From a virus: 64,000 bases of DNA. The position numbers and the translations under genes are program-made. Of this stretch, positions 15,680 to 25,800 are shown in pieces. Location: positions 32,001 to 96,000 of the IMG/VR virus record IMGVR_UViG_3300019776_000961; one strand, written 5' to 3'. How positions within the stretch are numbered: position 1 is the first letter of the stretch; the number at the start of each line of letters is the position of its first letter. Below the pieces are notes generated by a model that did not search any database, had not been told where the DNA came from, and saw only the letters and a program-made list of their open reading frames with translations.

Positions 15680-16777
15680 ATGAGTACAACCACACTAGAT
15701 AAGTTCGTAGCAAATCGCAAGAACATCCAGGCACAGGTTAGCCAATATAGCCTTGTCCCGATGAGCTTGAATCAAATCCACAAGAACGGAAATCGCTTTT
15801 ATAATGCGGATTCCGAACTTAGCGAAAAGTCCATGAATTCCCTTCTCGGAGTTCTCGGAGTTAAACAATCACTCGTCGATGATATCGAAGATGACCAGAA
15901 GCAGTGGGAACCCCTTCACTCCGCTCTCGCCAATATTCGGTCTAATCGCGTTGTAACAGCTGTTCGTAATAATGAAAACAACAGAATTATCGATGTCTAT
16001 AATACAGCTATTAAAGATGAGAAACCTATTGATCTTACCAATGGTCTTCGTTATACCGAAGAGTTCCTCCGTACCACTGATAGCAATCTCTCGTTGAAGA
16101 ACTTTCACTTCAATCCAGAGAACCTGTCAATTAATATTGATTTCCTTAATCCTGATACCGATATCGATGTCTTCGGTGATGGTAAGGACTTCTGGAAATC
16201 CGGATTTGGTATCTCGTTCTCACCGAACAAGACGCAGACCTATCCGTTTTTCCTTCGAATGATTTGTTCCAACGGAATGCATGCTATCCATCGTATGTCT
16301 CAGCGATTTGTTGACTCTGAGTCACTTACACAGAAAACGTTTATACATCAGATTCAGCGTTATCTGTCGAACGATGATCGAAACTCTGAGGTTCAGGTCT
16401 CTTGTAACCGTCTGCGTAACAACAATGCATCTCTCCGTGAGTTCTATAATGCGCGCGCAGTTGTCGAGAAGATCGATAAGGATCTTGCAAAGAACATGTT
16501 CAATGACGAGGAGCTGACCAAGCGTTATGCTTCGATCGGAGTTGATCTCAAGAAGCAGAACAAGCGCTGGCTTGCAACTGCAAACTCCAACGTCAATAGT
16601 TATGACTTCTTCAATAACTTGACCCACGCAGCAACCCATACGCTCTCTGATACAGAGATTGCAACAAGGATGGAGCTTAACCGACTCGCCTCGGATATGT
16701 TCTTCTCCGGACCTGACTTCTCGACGATGGCTCCGGATCCGTTCCGTGAGGTTGCATCTTATACGACAGAGAAATAA
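15680..16777 (+). CDS. DUF932-like protein
   Basis: FFLRMICSNGM motif and C-terminal YDFFNNLTHAATH; SD GAGGGGG. Confidence 0.55.
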   Translation: MSTTTLDKFVANRKNIQAQVSQYSLVPMSLNQIHKNGNRFYNADSELSEKSMNSLLGVLGVKQSLVDDIEDDQKQWEPLHSALANIRSNRVVTAVRNNENNRIIDVYNTAIKDEKPIDLTNGLRYTEEFLRTTDSNLSLKNFHFNPENLSINIDFLNPDTDIDVFGDGKDFWKSGFGISFSPNKTQTYPFFLRMICSNGMHAIHRMSQRFVDSESLTQKTFIHQIQRYLSNDDRNSEVQVSCNRLRNNNASLREFYNARAVVEKIDKDLAKNMFNDEELTKRYASIGVDLKKQNKRWLATANSNVNSYDFFNNLTHAATHTLSDTEIATRMELNRLASDMFFSGPDFSTMAPDPFREVASYTTEK

Positions 16778-16783
16778 GTAATC

Positions 16784-16870
16784 AAAGCAGACCCCCGGCG
16801 CCTCTCTCATACACCTACAGGCCTATAAAGCGGTAAAGAGTGATGATGCGTAATTCCGGGGGTGTTCTTT
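16784..16870 (+). ncRNA. candidate structured RNA upstream of tRNA-Gly
   Basis: GC-rich intergenic segment closed by ACCCCCGG (16791-16798) and CCGGGGGT (16856-16863). Confidence 0.4.
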
Positions 16871-16944
16871 GGGGGTATAATGTAACGGTAGCCTGAGACC
16901 TTGCCAAGGTTTACGAGAGGGTTCGATTCCCTCTACCCCCTCCA
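16871..16944 (+). tRNA. tRNA-Gly(GCC)
   Basis: GGGGGTA/TACCCCC acceptor stem, loop TTGCCAA, U73 discriminator, encoded CCA. Confidence 0.9.
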
Positions 16945-16954
16945 TTAAATAATT

Positions 16955-16978
16955 GAGCAGCTTCGGCTGCTCTTTTTT
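16955..16978 (+). terminator. Rho-independent terminator
   Basis: GAGCAGC-TTCG-GCTGCTC followed by T6. Confidence 0.9.
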
Positions 16979-17191
16979 ATGAAAAAATTCCTTTATTATA
17001 TTCTAGCTTTGTTCTTTTATTATACAGGTGATTTAGCTTGGTCGATTATAAATCTCTCAACCAATTTCTACCTACTGAATAGACTTCTCGAAGGTCGACT
17101 TTGGGGATTATATCAGAACTGTATGTCACTTTCTTTAAAATACGATGAAATAGCGGGCTATAAGATTTGGAAATTACCGGATGAGACATAA
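16979..17191 (+). CDS. small membrane protein
   Basis: 70-aa ORF with hydrophobic N-terminus. Confidence 0.5.
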   Translation: MKKFLYYILALFFYYTGDLAWSIINLSTNFYLLNRLLEGRLWGLYQNCMSLSLKYDEIAGYKIWKLPDET

Positions 17192-17199
17192 ATATCTAT

Positions 17200-18525
17200 A
17201 TGTCCAATGTAAGAATTAGTGGCCTCCCTATCAATCTACCGACACCATCTTCATATCTTCCGGTAGAAGTTATGACATCACCAGGTGTCTTCACTACTTC
17301 AAAGACACAACTATCTACATTTACACAGGCAGGCCCGGATTTTAAACACTTTCAGAGTAGTTTTTCTACTGCAACAGCGTTATCTGCAGGCTGGCAAACA
17401 GCATATATAAATCTATGTGCCTATGCTCCATCATGGATTGGCAATAATACACTTACATCGGCAAATAGTTCGCGCTGGAGCTCTGCTTATAATACAGTAA
17501 CTGCATATTTTCCTTATTGGCAAGCGGGTTATAATTTTAGTACAGGCAATGGAGCAAGTGTTGTATCAACTGTCTCTTCGAATAGTGCAAGCTGGGGCGG
17601 AGGTGCTTCTGTTTATACAACGGTCAATACATACAGTGCTGCGTGGCAAACAGCAAGTACAGGTGGTGGTGTATCAGTCTATCAAACAGTTAACCCGCTA
17701 AGTGCTGCTTGGACATCTGCGACTAAGACTGTTACCGCTCTTTCTTCTCACTGGGAAGGTGTATTTACAAACGTATATCCAAACTCTGGTAACTGGCAGT
17801 CCACATACACACTCGTTAATACAACAACCGCTACAACATTTTTAGTTAATAGCCTTAGCGCACGAGGTAATATTGCCACAACCGGTAATATTACTACAAC
17901 AGGCGGTATCACTGCAACAGGTAATATCACCACAACTGGAAGTATTACTGCAAGATCTGAAATTACCGCTCTACTCGATAATAATATATCACAATTTAGA
18001 GCAATTGATCGCAATAATACTTACGGATTATTGATCCGCAACGACGGTATCAACACATATTTTCTCTTTACTGCAGTTAACGATCCGTATGGTACATGGA
18101 ATGCATTAAGACCGTTTTATATAAACAATTCATCAGGTAATGTTTCAATGGCAAATGGACTTATGTCTGTTGCATACTCTACAGGTGCTGTAACATTGAG
18201 TAGCGTAACTTTCAGCGATGGCAGTACACAGTATTCAGCTGGTGTTGGTTCTCCAGTTCAATCTTGGCAGAACGTCACATCAACAAGAACACAAGGTTCA
18301 ACATACACTAATTCGACCGGTAGACCGATACAGGTTGCTATCTACGGGACACAGGCTGGCAATTCATCGGTTATTTTTTATATAAATAACGTACAGGTAA
18401 GTAACTCAGTCAGTGTTGCAAATCAAGCAAGTCAATGGCTCATTACATCACACATTATACCACATGGTGCAACGTATAGATTAGGTACAGGTCAGCAAGG
18501 TATCAATTGGTGGGAGCTAAGATAA
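17200..18525 (+). CDS. tail fibre protein
   Basis: W-x-S-x-Y repeats, GxITTT repeats, gp37-like YGLLIRNDG.NTYF..T......LRP..INN module, C-terminal SWQNVT..R..G.TYTNSTGRPI. Confidence 0.8.
   Translation: MSNVRISGLPINLPTPSSYLPVEVMTSPGVFTTSKTQLSTFTQAGPDFKHFQSSFSTATALSAGWQTAYINLCAYAPSWIGNNTLTSANSSRWSSAYNTVTAYFPYWQAGYNFSTGNGASVVSTVSSNSASWGGGASVYTTVNTYSAAWQTASTGGGVSVYQTVNPLSAAWTSATKTVTALSSHWEGVFTNVYPNSGNWQSTYTLVNTTTATTFLVNSLSARGNIATTGNITTTGGITATGNITTTGSITARSEITALLDNNISQFRAIDRNNTYGLLIRNDGINTYFLFTAVNDPYGTWNALRPFYINNSSGNVSMANGLMSVAYSTGAVTLSSVTFSDGSTQYSAGVGSPVQSWQNVTSTRTQGSTYTNSTGRPIQVAIYGTQAGNSSVIFYINNVQVSNSVSVANQASQWLITSHIIPHGATYRLGTGQQGINWWELR
17866..17955 (+). repeat. five 18-bp (6-aa) GxITxT tandem units
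   Basis: GNIATT GNITTT GGITAT GNITTT GSITAR. Confidence 0.75.
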
Positions 18526-18531
18526 TTTTTT

Positions 18532-18918
18532 ATGAAACATTATATTGACACGAATAACGAGATTTGGGGTTTCGATAACAATCAAACAGCTCTTATACCT
18601 AACGACGCTGTAGAGATACCTTCCTCATATACAGCTGCACAATATCCTTTTCTTTCTTTAAAGGATAACATTATTCACTTTGATAATATAGCATATATTG
18701 CAAATAGTAATTCTGAAAAATTAAACGATTGTAAATTTAAAGCAAAAATATTGCTTTCAAATACAGATTGGGCTACGCTTTTTGATGTAGCATCAGGTTC
18801 ACCGTGTTTAACAAATCAGTCAGATTTTATTAAGTACCGTGAAGCGGTACGTAAGTTAGTTGTATCACCTGTTTTAGAGCCTGAATGGCCAGAAATACCT
18901 GTAGCTCAATGGTCATAA
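18532..18918 (+). CDS. tail fibre assembly chaperone
   Basis: Follows the fibre gene; C-terminal FIKYREAVRKL...P..WPE.P..W. Confidence 0.65.
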   Translation: MKHYIDTNNEIWGFDNNQTALIPNDAVEIPSSYTAAQYPFLSLKDNIIHFDNIAYIANSNSEKLNDCKFKAKILLSNTDWATLFDVASGSPCLTNQSDFIKYREAVRKLVVSPVLEPEWPEIPVAQWS

Positions 18919-18972
18919 CAACTATTGAGAAGTTTATTAACTGAATAAGTACTATAGTAAGAATCTTACTAT

Positions 18973-19896
18973 ATGGCAAGTCTCTATTCGTTACCAACAT
19001 CTGCTGTAGCTAGTTCTATCTATCTGTCAAAGAACTTAGATACAACAAAGGATATCGTTGTATCCTTTGATTACGCATGTTATGGGTATCAATCACAGGG
19101 AAGCGAAGGATTTAACGTTTTCTTTGTAGATTCAAATGCATATACAATAAATGGTGGTAGTCCGGGCCCTGGACTTTGTTACGCTCCTACGTTCGGTATA
19201 TCAGGTGTCAATTCACAAGGGCAAACCTTAACATCTTTCAGCGGTGTTTATCTTGGTGAGCTTGGAATTGGTTTTGACTTAACGGGTAACTATGGAACAT
19301 CTGCTTATGGCATAAATGGTTACCAAGACGGTATACCTAATAGTGTTTCTATCCGCGGTTCCCAGAACTTTCAATACAATCTTTATTACAATTCAGGAAA
19401 TCTTACAGCAAGTAGTTACCCTATACCATTGTCTCTATATCAGCAGGTAACTAGTGTTGATGATGTGCAATTTTATACTGTGCGCATACGGTTAACGGAT
19501 TTCTGTAAGACAATTTATATCGACTGGAAGCAACCTGGCGATCTCTATTATACTAATTATATTACTACCGCTCTACCTGAGGAATGGCCTGGTACAGTCA
19601 ATTGCTGTCTAGGATTTGCAACAGGTCTCACTGGTACCTGTTTTTCTATTAAAAATTTTAATGTAAACGGTATATTCGCAACTACAAGTGCTGCGTCAAT
19701 AACATATACATGGACTTATTCTAGTGCAAGCTACCTCGGTCAGACACCAAATCCTGCTGCATTATCTGTTCTTGATACTGTAACAATAAGAAATGCACCA
19801 CCGTGGAACAATTACCCTTCTCTCATCAATATTACATCAGATGGTACAGCTCCTCTTCAGAATACAGATGGATACATTATCATAAACTATACATAA
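18973..19896 (+). CDS. L-type lectin/ConA-like virion protein
   Basis: VSFDY...GFNVFFVD...GPGPGLCY...LGIGFD..GN legume-lectin-like pattern. Confidence 0.55.
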   Translation: MASLYSLPTSAVASSIYLSKNLDTTKDIVVSFDYACYGYQSQGSEGFNVFFVDSNAYTINGGSPGPGLCYAPTFGISGVNSQGQTLTSFSGVYLGELGIGFDLTGNYGTSAYGINGYQDGIPNSVSIRGSQNFQYNLYYNSGNLTASSYPIPLSLYQQVTSVDDVQFYTVRIRLTDFCKTIYIDWKQPGDLYYTNYITTALPEEWPGTVNCCLGFATGLTGTCFSIKNFNVNGIFATTSAASITYTWTYSSASYLGQTPNPAALSVLDTVTIRNAPPWNNYPSLINITSDGTAPLQNTDGYIIINYT

Positions 19897-19911
19897 ATAT
19901 AAATAATTCAT

Positions 19912-21351
19912 ATGCCTAATATAGCAGCAACATTATCTCTTAACGTACCGGCGATTACAGCTCTCTGTAAGGGTGACCCTGGTAGTAGCTTGCTTAACGG
20001 CACAGGTGCACCGAACAATGCGCTCGGCCGAAACGGTGATTTTTATCTCGATACTGCACTTTACAACATCTACGGTCCAAAGGTCTCTGGTGTATGGAAT
20101 GGTCCTACACTACTAAGCAACAGTGTACTGGCTAGTGTTTGGAATAGTACAAATACAACTGTTTATAGTAATAGTGCAAATTGGAATTCTGTCTACACAA
20201 CATTTAACGCGAATAGCGGTGCTTTAACTACACTGGCAACTAACAGTGCCAACTGGGATTCAGTTTATACCACATTTAACGCTAATAGTGGTTCACTTAC
20301 AACTCTTGCAACTAATAGTGCAGGCTGGTCAACTGGTAGCACTCTTGCAAGTAGTGTATACACAACTGTAAATTCAAATAGTGCTACTTGGAATGCAGGT
20401 GGCGGCGGCACAGGTAGACCAGATGTTAATAATGCTGTTATTACTTTGAGTGGTAACTGGACAAGTAGTTACAATACACTTACAAGCTTGAGTGGTGGCT
20501 GGCAGAGTACATATACAAACGTTTATAATAATAGTGCAAGTTGGAATGCTGCAGCGGAAGCCACAACATCTGTAATCGCACCGTTTAGTGCACAATGGCA
20601 GTCTGTTTACAATTACACAAACGAAACCAGTGCTTATAATACTTCTGTTTATAGTACAGTGACGGGTGTGAGTTCCCAATGGCAATCAGCATATAATGTA
20701 ACACTGTCAACAGCTCCTAATGTAACAAATATTATTAATAGTTTTGCTACGGATATAGCTCCTGCCTCAGCTCGTTGGAATAACGTCTCTTACGCTTACA
20801 TGTTTGGTGGCAGTGCAGACATACAGCTCGGTAAAAGCGCCTACTCTACAACTAATGCTTATAGTGGTACATGGAATACTGTCGCTGATTCAGCAGCTGC
20901 ACTTCTTACATTTGTATCGACGATTTCTACAATTACTGCAGCTAGTACATACGTACAGAATAATTCAGCTAATACACAATTTAATAATCTTTCAGCTTAC
21001 GCTTTGAGTGCATCATATCTTGCAGTAGAGCGAGGCATTTATGTAGCTGGCCTCTTTACAGGACCGTATAATGATGGTACTGTAGTGGATTACCAAACAG
21101 GTAACGGTCGTATGCTTGTAGGACCTGCAGATAACATTTCCTTCTACTCTAATTATACAGGTAGTGGAAATGCACTTACAGCTAATGCCACATTATTCTA
21201 TACAGGTGGTTTATCGGCTCGAGGTGGTTTATCTGGTACAGATATTACTATAAACCCAGCACCGACACTGCCCACAGTTAAAACAGCTCAAAATAAATAT
21301 CTACCAATAAATGTCGGTGGTGCTATTTACTATCTATCGCTTTATCAGTAA
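19912..21351 (+). CDS. tail fibre protein
   Basis: G.G.P.N.LG.NGDFYLD N-terminal motif; many NSA.W.S.YTT repeats. Confidence 0.75.
   Translation: MPNIAATLSLNVPAITALCKGDPGSSLLNGTGAPNNALGRNGDFYLDTALYNIYGPKVSGVWNGPTLLSNSVLASVWNSTNTTVYSNSANWNSVYTTFNANSGALTTLATNSANWDSVYTTFNANSGSLTTLATNSAGWSTGSTLASSVYTTVNSNSATWNAGGGGTGRPDVNNAVITLSGNWTSSYNTLTSLSGGWQSTYTNVYNNSASWNAAAEATTSVIAPFSAQWQSVYNYTNETSAYNTSVYSTVTGVSSQWQSAYNVTLSTAPNVTNIINSFATDIAPASARWNNVSYAYMFGGSADIQLGKSAYSTTNAYSGTWNTVADSAAALLTFVSTISTITAASTYVQNNSANTQFNNLSAYALSASYLAVERGIYVAGLFTGPYNDGTVVDYQTGNGRMLVGPADNISFYSNYTGSGNALTANATLFYTGGLSARGGLSGTDITINPAPTLPTVKTAQNKYLPINVGGAIYYLSLYQ
20170..20328 (+). repeat. 72-bp (24-aa) tandem duplication in the fibre
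   Basis: NSANWNSVYTTFNANSGALTTLAT / NSANWDSVYTTFNANSGSLTTLAT / NSAGW. Confidence 0.85.
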
Positions 21352-21369
21352 AAAATAGTAAATAATAGT

Positions 21370-22803
21370 GTGAAGAGTTATTCGTTTGTACTTAATAGCA
21401 CACAAACTTTGGCTGATCCTGTTCTTGTTAACGGGTATATGTTCCTTGACCCTGTTTATGGTTATAGCTACACATACCCTCTTACTGATATAGGTGGTGA
21501 TTTTTCTGGTACTGGTAGCTACTCTGCAAGCGCTTATGCAGGTAAATTTTATCCTTGGGGCTATAATAAGCAAACAACAGTAACAATTCTTACAGCAGGT
21601 ACACTTAAAGGACCATATACTATAACCTTCTCACCATCAGGTCTTGATACTTCTGGGTATGCATTATTAAAAATAGTTTATGACTTCGGTGATGGAACAA
21701 GTTTTTCAACAGATAATAGTATTATCTATTCTGTAAAAGGTGCAGGTGGTAATGGTGTATCAGATCCTACAAAACAGAATGTAACGCACGATTATTGGCC
21801 TACAAATAATTACATAACAACATATACACCTACTGTCACTGTATTAAACGGTGATCTTTCTCTTAATATTTACAATATCTCTTTCAGTCTTGTTCCTGTT
21901 TCATTATTTGAACTCGATGATATTAGCATTATTAATGCAGCACAACATGTTAATAATATAGAGGAAACATTGGGTGTATTTGAAGTAAAGGGAATCAACT
22001 CTGTAACTAATGCACGTTATTTTAGTGCAGGCACAACTGATTATAACAATACAACAAATACTATATTAGCGGATTTTCAAGAAATTAGCGGATTAATATT
22101 AGATCTTGACGCATCGGATAGTTTATCAGTTATAAAAGATAGTAACAATAAAGTTACTATATGGAAGGACAAAACAGCGCAAGGAAATGATTTTATACAA
22201 TCTGATTACGCATCAGCGCCGAAATTTCTATATCCAAAACAAAGTGCTTGTGGTAGAAAGTCTGTACAATTTACATCAACCAGCGCTACATCAATCGCTA
22301 CATATCTTTCATGTATTAATACGACAGGATTTAGTAGTATGTCTAGTGGTTATACAGCGTTTTTTATTACTGCTGTTAATTCTGACACCGGTACTGTTTT
22401 CTATGGTGGTTCCTCACAAGACGTAGGTGCAAACTTAATTATTGAAGTATCACCTACTGACAGTATTACTACATATCAAGGGTATACAAGTGCATATATA
22501 CCAACAGTTTCTCGAATTCTACCGATTTATAGCTTATATACTGTAACAGCTGATAATTCTGGTACAATGATTGTAACATACGATCAACAAAAATATACCT
22601 TTAAGGGACTCAATACACAATTTGGTGCACTCACGTCAACAGCTTTTATTAGTCAGCCATATAACACACCGGTCTTTGTACCGTTGAAAGATACGGAGGT
22701 ATCACAGGTCTTAATTTACAATAGAGTTCTTACAACAGACGAATACAATGTCGTTTGTAACACATTAATTAATAACTGGTCACTCACTCTTCAGAGTGCT
22801 TAG
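21370..22803 (+). CDS. virion protein with PKD-like and ConA/LamG-like domains
   Basis: IVYDFGDG (PKD); L.LDASDS...W.DK (LamG-like); VLIYNRVLT..E. Confidence 0.6.
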   Translation: MKSYSFVLNSTQTLADPVLVNGYMFLDPVYGYSYTYPLTDIGGDFSGTGSYSASAYAGKFYPWGYNKQTTVTILTAGTLKGPYTITFSPSGLDTSGYALLKIVYDFGDGTSFSTDNSIIYSVKGAGGNGVSDPTKQNVTHDYWPTNNYITTYTPTVTVLNGDLSLNIYNISFSLVPVSLFELDDISIINAAQHVNNIEETLGVFEVKGINSVTNARYFSAGTTDYNNTTNTILADFQEISGLILDLDASDSLSVIKDSNNKVTIWKDKTAQGNDFIQSDYASAPKFLYPKQSACGRKSVQFTSTSATSIATYLSCINTTGFSSMSSGYTAFFITAVNSDTGTVFYGGSSQDVGANLIIEVSPTDSITTYQGYTSAYIPTVSRILPIYSLYTVTADNSGTMIVTYDQQKYTFKGLNTQFGALTSTAFISQPYNTPVFVPLKDTEVSQVLIYNRVLTTDEYNVVCNTLINNWSLTLQSA

Positions 22804-22829
22804 AGCTATACTGTAATATAAATAATAAC

Positions 22830-25800
22830 ATGGAGGTTGTCGCTCTTAGCTCAGTAAACTATATAGGTTTATCATCATCTTATATCGATGATGCAAAGCT
22901 TAAAATTAATCAAAATATCTTTTATACTGAAGATGGTTTAGAGATACCATATGTGCATGCATATGAAAATTTAAACGACAATACAATTAATAATTTTTCA
23001 AATTTATTTCTTACCGATACAAAATTACTCTCGAGTACATTTTATATAGAAGATCTCAAGCCAATCGAGGATCCTGGGTTTTCAACATATTTAATAACCA
23101 ATGCAATCGGTAATATCACCGATAATTCACGCTATCTCGTAGTACAGGAGCCTGGTATTGAAGAGAATACAGCGATCTGTACATTCACTGGTACACAAGC
23201 TCTATTTGATAATAGATACATGTTTGACATAGTATTTCTAAACGGTAGCTTATGTAAGATAACTCATGAAAATGAAAATATCACAAGATATCTTACAGTT
23301 GACTATTTGGGTAATTTAATTTTTACAAAGGACGTTCAAGCTGATTATCTCGGAGACTTGAGTCCACAAATTTTTTACTATACATATGACAGAAATAGTC
23401 AGTATATTACTTTTTGTACAAATGTAAATGATATTGTAAAGGTGTTGGCTTATGACCCTGCTACATTAAATTTTACTCTCAATGATTTTATCACAGGAGC
23501 TGATGTACCGTTTACAACAAGATCTATTTTTAGATGCTTGCCGAGACCTACAACACCAAATACGGCATATCTTTTTGATCCTTGGGTTTCATATAAAAAA
23601 GATCTCAAAACTAATACACAAAACATTAATAAAGAGAGTAGTTTTCAAGACGTAAAGTCTAATTTACTCATTAATAATGAATTCTATCCTGTAACAGGTT
23701 CTGAAATGCTCGTTAATGTCCTGTCTCTTAAGAATACAAGTACACCTGAAAATTACCAATCTCGTAATAATCCTTTTCAATCGAGTAAATCAACCCTATT
23801 AACCGGGTCACCTATTAATAATCGCGAATACAAGAGACTCTTTACAGGGTCTAATCAAAAATATGGTAATGATAATATTACTCTAGGTTATGAATCATAT
23901 ACTACAGATATTGTATTACAAGCTGACAATATTACCTATTTCCATATACCTTATAATTTCTTTCCCTTCATACAGCTCAATATTAATGATTCTGGTTTAA
24001 TTGAAGCAGGTAGTATTGCCGGTGATCACCCACTTAAAGCTGATAAAGTATTTAAAAAACTTACAAATGCTGAAAGCACGTCACCGTTTGGTGTAGTAAC
24101 AGATGAAGCTGATGGTTATTTTTTATGTAGCTGGCTTTCAGGTAACTGGGATGTAAACACAAAGCCTGTATGGATGGATAGATATTACAACCCATCAAAA
24201 ATATCTTTCTTTAGTGCACTCACAACTAATCCGTTTCAAGCAATTACATATACTTCACAAGCGGAGTGTCTATTTACAAGTGTTGCGAATATACTGGGTC
24301 ACGTTGATGTTTTTGATAAACCATCTGATTTAATTTTTGAGCCAAGTGCGTACTACGCATACCACCACTATGGTAAGAGTGGTGTACAAAAATATGTAAA
24401 CTCGCTTGAACCATTTTCGATTTCCGATAATTTTAATTCCTATCTTAATACAGATTATACACCTGTAATTACAAATAACCTCGTGCCTTCTACAAGTGCA
24501 TATGTGTTTGATGGTAACAGATACGCTATCACAAAGAGTCTTTCTGCAATTCAAAATAATGGTCAGTTTACATTGAGTTTCTGGGGATCTAATGAAGATT
24601 GGACAGTACCATTTGCTGAACAAATAATAGGTAATTATTCTAGCGATGGCTTTGGTATTTTTAATCAAAATATCATTACACCAACATTATTTGTTAATTC
24701 AATAACTGGTACGTACGTGTTAAACTCCGATCTCAAGCGTATCAAAACAATTCAATACGGTGGCGATACAGTATACAATGTAATTAAATTCTTACACACG
24801 GATGATTATTACGTAATGTTTAATAGTGGAAATTTTGCAAGATACAATAGTATCGATGATGCGATAAAAAATATCTACGATGTTAGATTACAGTATGCTA
24901 AAACAATTGATTATACTCAATCAACATTATATGTAGTATGTTCTGCTAAGCAGTATTCAACGACGCAATCAGACCAATTTATACTTGCTATCGATCTGCC
25001 AACAATGACAGTTGATGATATTACTCAAGATCTTCTTAATTATGAAACAGCAGTATTTGCTAACGATAGCAATGCGGGCTGGGATTGGAATCAACCTGCA
25101 ATTATCTCGCTCAATAACGCAAGTACAGTAGATTATTATGATAAAAAATTGTATTTAACACCAGGTGTAGTCTCCAGACGTGTTGATGATACGATATATT
25201 ATCTTAAAGATGGTGATACGATTGCACAATGGAGTCAAATCACTAACGCTACAGTTAATGCAGTAACTACAGCTTTTAAATCATATAATTCTGGTATCAT
25301 AGATTTTAATATTGACTTTGACGGTAATTTTTGGATTCTCGATAACAATAACAGTTATTATAAATTTACACCAGCTCGAGAATTTGTTCTTTCTGGTACA
25401 ACTACAAATAATAGCTTTTTTAATTATAAAATTGGATTTACTGCAGATCTTATTAATGGTGAATATAAGGAGCAAGTACTTCTCATGCAGCAAGGTAGCT
25501 TGAATATACCACCAAATCCGTTTAGTAACTATAACTACAATATTATAACTAATGACACACCTGCTCTTAATTTTGTAACTGATTATGGTGAAACAATGTA
25601 CGCTAGCTTGTATAGGTCTCTTTCAGCCCCTGGTTTATTATTGAGTATACTCGATACCAAAGGTCAGGTTCTATCAAGTAATACATATATATCACTAACC
25701 GGCTCCTCTTTTGAACCTACAAATTCAGAGTATTTACGTAAAATAGTTAGCGTTCAATACCCCACACCTAGCTTAAACGTAAAGACAGTAATGACAAATG

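Noticed and set aside
16322-16810. 162-aa minus-strand ORF
   Set aside because: It is the shadow of the codon-biased DUF932-like gene, and antisense frames stay open in such genes.
16784-16870. Theta/HDV-like or hammerhead ribozyme next to tRNA-Gly
   Set aside because: I could not assemble P1-P3/P1.1 or a CUGAUGA-GAAA core, and it lies 5' rather than 3' of the tRNA. It is retained only as an unclassified candidate RNA.
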